From assembly GCA_964247135.1 (NCBI GenBank), contig CAXTTL010000123.1:1-14472 (forward strand): a stretch of DNA of 14,472 nucleotides, read 5' to 3'. Below, piece after piece: positions 1 to 7,959 of the stretch. Source of the stretch: an uncultured Deinococcales bacterium. Its GTDB lineage: Bacteria; Deinococcota; Deinococci; Deinococcales; JAAFIG01. Position numbers and translations under genes: made by a program. Each line of letters starts with the position of its first letter. Position 1 is the stretch's first letter. A model generated the notes under the pieces. That model worked only from the letters and a program-made list of their open reading frames with translations. It was not told the origin of the DNA and searched no databases.

Positions 1-1
1 C

Positions 2-1156
2 AGTTTTGCGCTGGTGGTGCGCATCGTCTTGGGTTTTCTGGGCACGCTCGATACCGACCTTGAGGTTGCCGCCAAGAGTGTGGGCGCGAGTGCTTGGCAG
101 GTGTTTTTTTTCATTGCTCTGCCAATTGCCAAACCCGCGATTTTGGCAGCCTCGGCGCTGGTGTTTCTGTACTGTTTTGCCTCGTTCGGCGTGCCGCTTT
201 TATTGGGCGCGGGACAGTTCAACACGCTCGAGGTGGAGGTCTGGCAGTCGGTCAGCAATCAACTCAGACTCTCTGAAGCCAGCAGCTTGGCGTTGCTGCA
301 ATTGCTGGTGACTTTTGCCGCCAGCCTGTTGTACACCAGGGCGCAATCGGACGCTCGACTTTCGCTCGAGTTTGGTGCAAAACGCCCCATTGCCATAGGA
401 TTGGCTCGAGTGACCTTGGTTGTCTGCGTCGTCTTTACGCTGATTTTGACACTCTCACCGATATTGGCGTTGTTGCGTCAAGCATTGTTTGATTCGGGTG
501 GTTTGACCTTTGGTTTTTTTCTGAGTGCCTTGCGCATCGGCGATGGCTTGAGCGATGTTCCGATTCTCTTGGCGCTCGAGAATGCGGTTTTGTTCGTGAC
601 GCTGACCTTGCTGCTGGCGGTTCCAGTCGGTTTGTTGTACGCGGTTGCGACCCAATTCACAGGCTCGAGAATCCTCGATGCGCTGTCATTGTTGCCGCTC
701 ATGACCAGCGCGACCTTGCTCGGCGTGGCGTTCATTGTGGCGTACCCAAACCTGAGTGCGAACCTTGGCTTGCTGATTGCGGCGTACACGATTGGCGCGT
801 ATCCGTTCATTGTACGCAGTGTCTTACCCGCGCTTCGGGCTTTGCCACCCGAGATTCTCGAGGCGGCACGGGTCAGTGGGGCGACCGAATTTCAAGTGTT
901 TTGGTTTGTGACCTTGCCGCTCCTTCGCCCTGCCTTAAGCACAGGGATTGCCTTTGCCTTTGCCAGCGTGATCGGCGAGTTCAGTGCAACCCTGGTGCTT
1001 TCACGACCCGAATGGGCGACGCTGACCACGGTCATTTATGCCAAACTTGGGCGACCAGGGCAACTGGGGGACGCCAGTGCCGTTGCTGTCATGCTGTTGT
1101 TGCTGACCACTGGCGGGTTTTTATTGCTTGACCGCACCAGGGGACGAATGGGTTAG
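2..1156 (+). CDS. ABC transporter permease, FbpB/ThiP (Fe3+/thiamine) family, 5'-truncated by window edge
   Basis: Frame is open from position 2 (SFALVVRIVLGF...). Highly hydrophobic, with two EAA loops (DLEVAAKSVGAS and EILEAARVSGAT) typical of fused double-permease FbpB/ThiP proteins. Stop TAG at 1154-1156. Substrate cannot be fixed from sequence. Confidence 0.85.
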   Translation, partial: SFALVVRIVLGFLGTLDTDLEVAAKSVGASAWQVFFFIALPIAKPAILAASALVFLYCFASFGVPLLLGAGQFNTLEVEVWQSVSNQLRLSEASSLALLQLLVTFAASLLYTRAQSDARLSLEFGAKRPIAIGLARVTLVVCVVFTLILTLSPILALLRQALFDSGGLTFGFFLSALRIGDGLSDVPILLALENAVLFVTLTLLLAVPVGLLYAVATQFTGSRILDALSLLPLMTSATLLGVAFIVAYPNLSANLGLLIAAYTIGAYPFIVRSVLPALRALPPEILEAARVSGATEFQVFWFVTLPLLRPALSTGIAFAFASVIGEFSATLVLSRPEWATLTTVIYAKLGRPGQLGDASAVAVMLLLLTTGGFLLLDRTRGRMG

Positions 1157-3057
1157 AGCCTGGCTTGATCGGTTCCAGCTCGAGCGGCGTTTGTGCCCAT
1201 TGGCAAAAACAGCTTGAAAGTGGTTCCCATCCCAACTTGGGTTTGGATTTCCAGTTCGCCGCCAAAATGCCCGCGCACGATGTCTCGAATGATGCTTAAA
1301 CCCAGTCCCGTGCCTTTGCCGACTGGTTTGGTGGTAAAAAGCGGTTCAAAAATCTTGGGCAAAATCGCATCGGCAATACCAATACCGTTGTCGGTGACGC
1401 TGAAAACCAATTCGGTTTGCTCGAGTTGAATTCGGGTGCCAAAGCTGACCTCAACCCGCGCATTTTCTTTGCCTTCGCTGGCATGAATGGCGTTAATCAC
1501 CAGGTTTGAAACCACTTGTGTAAAACGCCCTGGTTCGCCGCGCAACAGCGTACCCACCGTTCCAGGGTTTAAACAGACCAGAACCTTGGCGCTCCGCGCT
1601 TGATGCTCGAGCATCGAAAGGGTGTCCTGCGCGACATTGACGGGGTCAAACAATGTGGCTTCGTTGCTCGAGAAGCGGGTTTGGTTGCGCATTTTGCGCA
1701 CGAATTCGCCCAGACGGTCCAGGGTCATGGCGGTGTCTTGCAAACTTTTTTGCAGCTCGGTCGCAATCTCAGAATGGTCTTCATCGGTCACACCAGGGTT
1801 GCCAATGCTCTGGGCGTATTCGTCCGCCAACGAACGCGCTTGGTGCAAGTAATTGAGGCTAGCGGCGAGCGGCGTGTTGACCTCGTGGGCGAGACCGGCG
1901 GTGAGCTGCCCAATGCTGGCAAGTTTTTCACTCGAGATCAAGCGTTCACGGCTGTCCTCGAGTTCGGTGGTGCGTGCCTGAATGCGTTCCTCGAGTTGGT
2001 TGTTCATGGTTAAAAGTTGCGCGTTCAGGCTGCGATTTTCGCGCAAGATCAGGATTTGACGAACCAACACCAAAGCGGTGATGATTGCGGCTGAAACGAC
2101 GCCGACAAGATCGCCTATTTCCGAAGCCAAATGGGATCGGATTAACGGAATGTAAATCAAGACCGCCGCCAAGTACGGGGCATAAGTGCTCAACCAGCTT
2201 AATGATGCCAGGCTTTGGCGGGTCAGCAGGCTCGAGGGTTGAGGGCTAAAACTGAGGTATGCGCCGAGGCAAAAAATGCTCAGACAGAGGATAAAACCGC
2301 TATCGACCAAATTGCCTGGTTGGTAGAATCCCAAACTCAATTGGGCACCAATCGCGGCGTCAAGCAGCACCAAAGACGCTATGCCCAAACTTGCCAGAAT
2401 GATCAAGCGCTGGATTTGAATGGTGCTGCGCATGGTCACAACAATGGCAACACACAGCACCACAATATCGATTGGCGTGCCATTAAAAGGAACCCTGGGC
2501 AAGTTGGTGTTGGTACTGGCAAAAGCCGTTGTGCCTGGGATCAGCAATTGACCAGCGTTTGCCACAATTTTGTCCAGAAAAGAAGTCCAGAACAAAATCC
2601 CAACCGTCAAAACCAGCAAAGACACGTCGAGACTCAAACGCACCACCTCGAGTCGGCTGGTTTTGCGCAGTGGCACTCGAAGCAAACCGATGATCAACAG
2701 AACGCTTGTGCCTGCGTACATCAGATCAATCGGGTTGACTTGGGGGCGATAGCCAAACTCGAAAAAGACCCGCAAAAAATCTGCCAAAACGTGTAGCCCT
2801 GCCCCCCAAACAAAAGGTTGCATGATGAATCGTAAGGTTGGATTTTGAAGGCGGTAGGCTTGAACAAAAAAAAGCATTGCCACGATTTCAACTGGCAGGT
2901 TAAAGATCACCGCTCGAGCTTGCTGCCAAGTTGTTCCGCCGATGTTCAAACCGAGTGCCAAAAAATACCCAAGACCCAGGGCGCACACCAGTACAAACAT
3001 CAATCTCAAAGCCCCAAAACGAGGGTCGGGTCTTGCCTGAGCCACTTCGGGAATCAT
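1153..3057 (-). CDS. Membrane-bound sensor histidine kinase (multi-TM N-terminus, HisKA, intact HATPase_c)
   Basis: About 8-9 hydrophobic segments, coiled coil, H-box LAHEVNTPL, N-box QVVSNLVINAIHA, G1 DNGIGI, F-box IFEPLFTTK, G2 GKGTGLGL. ATG overlaps the upstream gene's TGA (ATGA, 3054-3057). Confidence 0.92.
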   Translation of the reverse strand: MIPEVAQARPDPRFGALRLMFVLVCALGLGYFLALGLNIGGTTWQQARAVIFNLPVEIVAMLFFVQAYRLQNPTLRFIMQPFVWGAGLHVLADFLRVFFEFGYRPQVNPIDLMYAGTSVLLIIGLLRVPLRKTSRLEVVRLSLDVSLLVLTVGILFWTSFLDKIVANAGQLLIPGTTAFASTNTNLPRVPFNGTPIDIVVLCVAIVVTMRSTIQIQRLIILASLGIASLVLLDAAIGAQLSLGFYQPGNLVDSGFILCLSIFCLGAYLSFSPQPSSLLTRQSLASLSWLSTYAPYLAAVLIYIPLIRSHLASEIGDLVGVVSAAIITALVLVRQILILRENRSLNAQLLTMNNQLEERIQARTTELEDSRERLISSEKLASIGQLTAGLAHEVNTPLAASLNYLHQARSLADEYAQSIGNPGVTDEDHSEIATELQKSLQDTAMTLDRLGEFVRKMRNQTRFSSNEATLFDPVNVAQDTLSMLEHQARSAKVLVCLNPGTVGTLLRGEPGRFTQVVSNLVINAIHASEGKENARVEVSFGTRIQLEQTELVFSVTDNGIGIADAILPKIFEPLFTTKPVGKGTGLGLSIIRDIVRGHFGGELEIQTQVGMGTTFKLFLPMGTNAARAGTDQARL

Positions 3058-4946
3058 GTGGTTTCCACCGAATCCACTTTTGGGATCGAAATATCAAAGC
3101 GCGCGCCAAGTCCAAATTGACTGCTGACCCGAATATCACCCGAGAAATGACCTTTGACAATATCGTGCACCACCGATAAGCCGAGACCATCGCCGTGATC
3201 GCTCAGCTTGGAAAACGTTGGTTCAAAAATACCCGTTACAATATCTTGATCCAAGGGCAGACCATTGTGCTCAACGCTTAAATGCGCGGTTTTAAGTGTT
3301 GAACTTAAGGCAATGCGCACCCAAGAAGTTGTCGCCGTTGACTCGACCGAGCAGGCTTGAATCCCAGAAAACACGAGTTCATTTAAAATCTGCCCCAAAC
3401 GCAACGGATCGCCGTGAATCAGTACGGCTTCGTCTGGCAAACTGATACTCAGCTTGACCTGATGCTCAATTGCTTGGTACTCGAGATGGACAAAACCGTC
3501 TTGCAGGGTTTGTCTGGCATCGAAATCAAAACTGTCTTTGCTGGACATTCTGCTTTGTTCGCGGACGCGTCTGATGAACCGACCCAGGCGTTCCAAACTG
3601 CTTTCAATTCTTTGATGGGTTGCCTCGAGTTCGCTGGCGATTTCAAGGTGGTCGTCTTTGGTGACATTGGGGGCAAGGATCGAGTTTTTGTATTCGCGCA
3701 CCAATGTCCTGGCATGGGAAAGGTCGTACAAACTGGCTGCCAGGGGCGTGTTGACCTCGTGAGCCACGCTTGCTGTGACCCTCCCTAAACTGGCAAGTTT
3801 TTCACTTGCCACCAACTGGGCTTGGCTTTCTTGCAGCAGCAAGGTTTTGGCGTTTAACTCTTCAGTGCGCTCTTGAACGCGCTCTTCGAGGTTGCTCGAG
3901 AGTGCTTGCAGGCTTTGGTTGAGGTTGGCATTTTCGGTTAACTCGACGATTTGGCGAATCAAAGCCAAAACAACCACGACGAAGGTGCCGAACAGGACAC
4001 CATTTTCGTTGAGTGCGTGCTCTGATGTCATGAGGGCAGAAATGGCAAAGACCAAAAGGATAGACAGTTGACTGACAATCGGAAACGTTTGCCACTGTGA
4101 CCAGAAGCGCTTTGTTTTGACGCGTTTGACCAAAATCAAATCAGGCTCAACAGGTTGAAGACTTAAAACGGCAGCGATGCAAAAAAGTATTGCACAAAGC
4201 ATATTCAGCAAATCGGATGGGTTTCCCGTTTGATAGGAATTGGTCGCCTCTTGAATGTTGAACAAAACATCGTACAAACCCAGACCAGCCAATCCCAGAG
4301 CCAGACAGGTAAATTGGGCTTGAGTTAAACGTCCACGTCCGTTAAACATCAATAAACTCAAAACCGTCAATTGTAAAACATCCATGATTGGATAGACCAG
4401 GCTTAAACCCAGTGCCAAATACTGCTGACCGTACTCGAGCACGGTATCAGCCAGGTAGACACGCCAGGCGACGACGATCAGCGTCATCATGACGATGGCA
4501 ACCTCGAGCGCAAATTTTGTGCCTTGGAGTCGGGTTTTGATTCGCTCACGCGGAATAAACAAAAATGCGCTAACAACACAAATCGGTTGCAGGACATAAA
4601 AAATGTCGGCAACCGACGGAAAGGGGTCAATTTTTAAGACAAGCTCGAGGTACGCCCAAAGGCAATCGGCGAGCGCCAATGAAAGCAGCGCCATAGCCAA
4701 CCAAAACCACATTTTTTTCATGGAATCGCGGTGTTGTTTTGACACCAGATACATGATCCAAGCGGCAATAAAACTTGGTGGGATATTGAACAAATCGCCG
4801 CGCAGGGTTTCAAACGTTTGTCCACCAATTTGAAACAACAAAATTATTGCCTCTAAAATGCCAAAAAAGAACAAGACACCCAACCACACCAGCAATTGTT
4901 TTTGAGGCGCTCGAGGATGGTTCGGGATTGTGGTTGTGCTGCTCAA
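3054..4946 (-). CDS. Membrane-bound histidine kinase paralog with degenerate ATP-binding domain (putative pseudokinase)
   Basis: Same architecture as the neighbour; H-box VAHEVNTPL is intact, but N-box reads QILNELVFSGIQA and G1 reads EHNGLPL. ORF is open to TTG at 5009. TTG at 4946 is preferred (AAGG 8 nt upstream, N-terminus length matches the paralog), but the start is uncertain. Confidence 0.85.
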   Translation of the reverse strand: MSSTTTIPNHPRAPQKQLLVWLGVLFFFGILEAIILLFQIGGQTFETLRGDLFNIPPSFIAAWIMYLVSKQHRDSMKKMWFWLAMALLSLALADCLWAYLELVLKIDPFPSVADIFYVLQPICVVSAFLFIPRERIKTRLQGTKFALEVAIVMMTLIVVAWRVYLADTVLEYGQQYLALGLSLVYPIMDVLQLTVLSLLMFNGRGRLTQAQFTCLALGLAGLGLYDVLFNIQEATNSYQTGNPSDLLNMLCAILFCIAAVLSLQPVEPDLILVKRVKTKRFWSQWQTFPIVSQLSILLVFAISALMTSEHALNENGVLFGTFVVVVLALIRQIVELTENANLNQSLQALSSNLEERVQERTEELNAKTLLLQESQAQLVASEKLASLGRVTASVAHEVNTPLAASLYDLSHARTLVREYKNSILAPNVTKDDHLEIASELEATHQRIESSLERLGRFIRRVREQSRMSSKDSFDFDARQTLQDGFVHLEYQAIEHQVKLSISLPDEAVLIHGDPLRLGQILNELVFSGIQACSVESTATTSWVRIALSSTLKTAHLSVEHNGLPLDQDIVTGIFEPTFSKLSDHGDGLGLSVVHDIVKGHFSGDIRVSSQFGLGARFDISIPKVDSVETT

Positions 4947-5012
4947 AAGAAAACCTTTGAAATCTTGGATTTGTGATGGCTGAAGTTTTAAAGTGAAGTC
5001 TTTGGTCAAACG

Positions 5013-5045
5013 ATTTTACGTGCCCGCAAGCCTTTTAAAAGTCCA
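5013..5045 (-). promoter_or_regulatory. Putative promoter element upstream of the kinase pair (TGGAC-N4-AAAAG-N12-GTAAAAT)
   Basis: The minus strand has a -10-like TAAAAT at 5013-5018, AAAAG at 5032-5036 and TGGAC at 5041-5045. The same blocks with the same spacing recur at 7816-7848. Confidence 0.5.
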
Positions 5046-5151
5046 AACTTGGCAAAGCGGGCGTGCCCATCAGACCCGAGCCAGAAACACTCGAGCCGCC
5101 AACGATGATTGAGTCAATGGTTGAGTTCGGCAGGGTTTATTTGAGCGCGGG

Positions 5152-6648
5152 TTATTTCAGCAAAGTCTCGAGTTCAATCGTTGCGCCCATGACAGCGCGA
5201 TTATTCCCTTGGTTTTTGGCTTGGTACATGGCGTTATCGGCGTTTTCGATCATGGCGTTGCGGACAAGCTCGAGGTCTTGGTTGCCCAGGTTGCCAGCAT
5301 CGCTTTGACCCGTTTTGCCAGCATCGCTTTGACCCGTTTTGCCAGCATCGCTTTGACCCGTTTTGAGGGTGCACAGACCAATGCTGACGCTGATGGTTTG
5401 TTTTGAATTTTTGTCGCTGTGCCCAACACTGACGGCATTGATGGCTTGACACAAACGTTCGGCAATGACCATGGCGCCGTTTTGGTCGGTCAGTGGCAAA
5501 ACCAGACTAAATTCGTCGCCGCCGTAACGTCCAGCGATGTCGGTCGAACGCAGGGATTCTCGGATGACCCGCCCGACCTTCATCAAAAGATGATCGCCAG
5601 AGAGGTGACCTAGATTGTTGTTAATTTCCTTAAAACCGTCCAGATCAAGCATCAATAAACTGGTGTTGTGCCCATGCCTGGCGGCAAGTTTGAGCGTTTC
5701 ACCAAAGCGATCCATCCAATGAAGCCGTGACATCAAACGGGTTAAACCATCGACGGTTGCCAAATCGTAGAGCCTTACGTTTTCAATCGCGATAGCCGCC
5801 TGCGCCGCGAACAACTCGAGCAGTTCAAAGTCAGTTTCAGGCTCGAGTTGCTGTTCGATAAAGACCACACCGACAATATGGTCTTTGAAGCCAAGCGGTA
5901 CAGCCAAGCTTTGATCGCGTTGGGTGACGCCAGAATCGAGCGCAAATTTGACCAGATCGCGCTCAATCACAGACAAACCTGACCAAGTTTGACGCTCAAA
6001 ACGTCCAGTGCCCACCCGAAGCTCGAGTTGCTCGTTGTTGATGGTGGCAACAAAACCATCGTTGGTCTCCAATTGCTTTTGGGAACCGTCTGAAATCGCA
6101 ATAAACGCCCCAGACAAACCCAGCAAGCCCTGTACTTGCAAGAGCACGCCGCGCATCAAATCCTCGAGCGGTTGAACTTTATGCAGCTCCGGCGTGACCC
6201 GCAAAATATAACGCAGACCGTCCCGAGAGGTGCGTAAAGCCCGAGCGTGCCTGTAGGCTTTGAGGGCGGAATCGACCCAGACCAGCAGTTTTTCTGGACC
6301 TTCGGATTTGTCGTGATAGCCTTGAATCTCGAGATCGCGTAACATTTGCCTGGCTGGACGTTCGGAAGAATAACCAGTTTGCAAGACGATTTGCAGATTG
6401 CGGTCAAACTTGCGAACCTCGCGCACAACCTCTTCGCCGTTCATGTCTGGCATAAAATAATCCAAAAGCATCAAATGAATTTCGTGCTCATGGCTTAAAC
6501 GCAGCGCCTCGATGCCTCCAGAGGCGGTCAGCACGGAATGCCCCTCGAGTTGTAACAGTTGAGCCAACGTCACCAGGATGGTGTTGTCATCATCGACCAC
6601 CAAGATGGTGTGACCTGTTTGCGAGTTTTGAGATCGAAGCCGCGCCAC
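5152..6648 (-). CDS. Response-regulator diguanylate cyclase (REC + DUF3369/GAF-like + GGDEF)
   Basis: REC: ILVVDD...LLDYFMPD...LQTG...HDK. Middle region RDGLRYIL...RGVLLQV...FAAQAAIAIEN resembles DUF3369/GAF. DGLT, LDLDGFK and RSTDIAGRYGGDEF (intact A-site at about 5509-5523 plus RxxD I-site). GTG at 6648 has AGAGGAG 5 nt upstream and aligns with the start of the adjacent HD-GYP protein, so it is preferred over 6747. Confidence 0.92.
   Translation of the reverse strand: MARLRSQNSQTGHTILVVDDDNTILVTLAQLLQLEGHSVLTASGGIEALRLSHEHEIHLMLLDYFMPDMNGEEVVREVRKFDRNLQIVLQTGYSSERPARQMLRDLEIQGYHDKSEGPEKLLVWVDSALKAYRHARALRTSRDGLRYILRVTPELHKVQPLEDLMRGVLLQVQGLLGLSGAFIAISDGSQKQLETNDGFVATINNEQLELRVGTGRFERQTWSGLSVIERDLVKFALDSGVTQRDQSLAVPLGFKDHIVGVVFIEQQLEPETDFELLELFAAQAAIAIENVRLYDLATVDGLTRLMSRLHWMDRFGETLKLAARHGHNTSLLMLDLDGFKEINNNLGHLSGDHLLMKVGRVIRESLRSTDIAGRYGGDEFSLVLPLTDQNGAMVIAERLCQAINAVSVGHSDKNSKQTISVSIGLCTLKTGQSDAGKTGQSDAGKTGQSDAGNLGNQDLELVRNAMIENADNAMYQAKNQGNNRAVMGATIELETLLK
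5291..5365. repeat. Perfect in-frame 24-bp tandem repeat x3 inside the GGDEF domain (encodes KTGQSDAG x3)
   Basis: TTGCCAGCATCGCTTTGACCCGTT at 5291, 5315 and 5339, plus partial TTG at 5363-5365; no spacers. Confidence 0.95.
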
Positions 6649-6804
6649 ACCAACTCCTCTAAAACCGTAACTCTTGAAAAATCCCGACTTTTCAAAACCC
6701 AGCATCGCAACAATTGCCAAGTTCAATGTTGGTTCACTGAAACCCAAAAAACCTAAAAGGATGACTGACCTGGATCAATTATCACACGAATGACACGCCA
6801 GATG

Positions 6805-7806
6805 CTACTTGCCGACCAATTCCAAAGGCTTTTCGCTCGAATTTGACTCCAGGGTTTCAATAAACGCATCGACCACACTTGGGTCAAAATGCCTTCCCGA
6901 ATCCATGCGAAGCTGCGCCAAAGCCTCCTCGTGCGTCCAAGCCCGCTTGTAAGGTCGAATCGACACCAAGGCATCGTAAACGTCACAAATGGCAAAAACC
7001 CGAGCCTCGAGCGGGATGTCTTCGCCCTTTAGACCCTCGGGGTAACCCGTACCGTCGTAGCGTTCGTGGTGATAAAGAATCACATTGAGCGCCCCTTGCG
7101 CCAAACCAGGAATCTGTGACGCCAGATGAAAACCACGTTCGACATGGGTTTTCATGATGCTCCACTCCTCAGGATTGAGCTTGCCTGGTTTTAACAAAAT
7201 GCCGTCAGAAACCCCCAGTTTACCCAAGTCGTGCAGGTACGCGCCTTGGCGCAACGCCTCGAGTTGCAAATGGTTCAAACCAAACGCCTCACCGAGTGCC
7301 GTGGCGTAGCGAACAACATGCTGGGTGTGCCCTGCGGTTTCCAAATCGCGCATCTCGAGCGCCAAACCGAGCGCCAGAAAGCTGCCCTCCAAGGTTTTTT
7401 GGGTATGCGCTTGACGGTAGGATTTCAGTGCCGCATCGACCCAGAGCATCAGCTTTTCGGCACCCTCAGATTTATCGTGATAGCCCTGAATCTCGAGTTC
7501 GCGCAGCATTTCACGGGCGGGAATCAGACTTTGACCGGTTTGCAAAATCACCTGGGTGTCGCTGTTAAATTCACGCAATTTTTTGACCGTTTCGCCGCCC
7601 GTTAAACCAGGCATGTTGAAATCGAGCACCATCACATGAACCGCACTGTGTTGGCAAACCTCGAGCGCCGAGCGACCATTGTCGGCAATCAACACCACAT
7701 GACCTTCACGTTCAAACAAATAACGTAAACTCTCGAGCACCAGTGGATTGTCATCGACGACCAGAATGGTATGACCTGAAGAGGAGTGTGTGGAAAGTCT
7801 CGGCAC
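6805..7806 (-). CDS. Response-regulator HD-GYP c-di-GMP phosphodiesterase (RpfG-like, REC + HD-GYP)
   Basis: REC: ILVVDD...VLDFNMPG...LQTG...HDK. HD-GYP motifs RDLETAGH, LHDLGK, KPGKL, HHERYDGTGYP, DVYDAL, RPYK, HFDP. GTG start. Confidence 0.93.
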   Translation of the reverse strand: MPRLSTHSSSGHTILVVDDNPLVLESLRYLFEREGHVVLIADNGRSALEVCQHSAVHVMVLDFNMPGLTGGETVKKLREFNSDTQVILQTGQSLIPAREMLRELEIQGYHDKSEGAEKLMLWVDAALKSYRQAHTQKTLEGSFLALGLALEMRDLETAGHTQHVVRYATALGEAFGLNHLQLEALRQGAYLHDLGKLGVSDGILLKPGKLNPEEWSIMKTHVERGFHLASQIPGLAQGALNVILYHHERYDGTGYPEGLKGEDIPLEARVFAICDVYDALVSIRPYKRAWTHEEALAQLRMDSGRHFDPSVVDAFIETLESNSSEKPLELVGK

Positions 7807-7815
7807 AATGAGGAA

Positions 7816-7848
7816 ATTTTACACGGCTCGATTGCTTTTCGGCGTCCA
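7816..7848 (-). promoter_or_regulatory. Putative promoter element upstream of the HD-GYP gene (TGGAC-N4-AAAAG-N12-GTAAAAT)
   Basis: The -10-like TAAAAT ends 9 nt before the GTG start with no clear Shine-Dalgarno (near-leaderless). Second copy of the motif at 5013-5045. Confidence 0.5.
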
Positions 7849-7891
7849 TTTCTCACACAGCTCAAACTCGAGTCTTCCCAAGATTCAAATC

Positions 7892-7933
7892 ATTACCGTG
7901 AGGGCAATCCGATGAATTTGCCCTCACGGTGAT
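7892..7933 (-). terminator. Stem-loop downstream of rimO, probable terminator or mRNA stabiliser
   Basis: 13-bp perfect inverted repeat ACCGTGAGGGCAA (7895-7907) / TTGCCCTCACGGT (7918-7930), 10-nt loop, about 30 nt past the rimO stop. The U-tract is weak. Confidence 0.6.
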
Positions 7934-7959
7934 TCTGCGACTCGAGATTGTTTGTCAAC

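Noticed and set aside
1602-1615. 14-bp palindrome GATGCTCGAGCATC and other extended CTCGAG palindromes
   Set aside because: With about 75 palindromic cores, occasional extensions are expected by chance; this one is intragenic.
1600-2796. Plus-strand ORFs 1600-2013 and 2215-2796 (and similar short ORFs elsewhere)
   Set aside because: Antisense to well-supported genes; no domain signal.
3054-4946. Second kinase as a pseudogene
   Set aside because: Full-length ORF without stops or frameshifts, conserved DHp, and translational coupling to the next gene.
5291-5365. 24-bp repeats here and at 10760-10808 as CRISPR arrays
   Set aside because: Copies are directly adjacent with no spacers, and no cas genes are present.
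6649-6747. N-terminal extension of the cyclase in the ORF track
   Set aside because: The strong SD before GTG 6648 and alignment with the HD-GYP N-terminus favour the shorter start.
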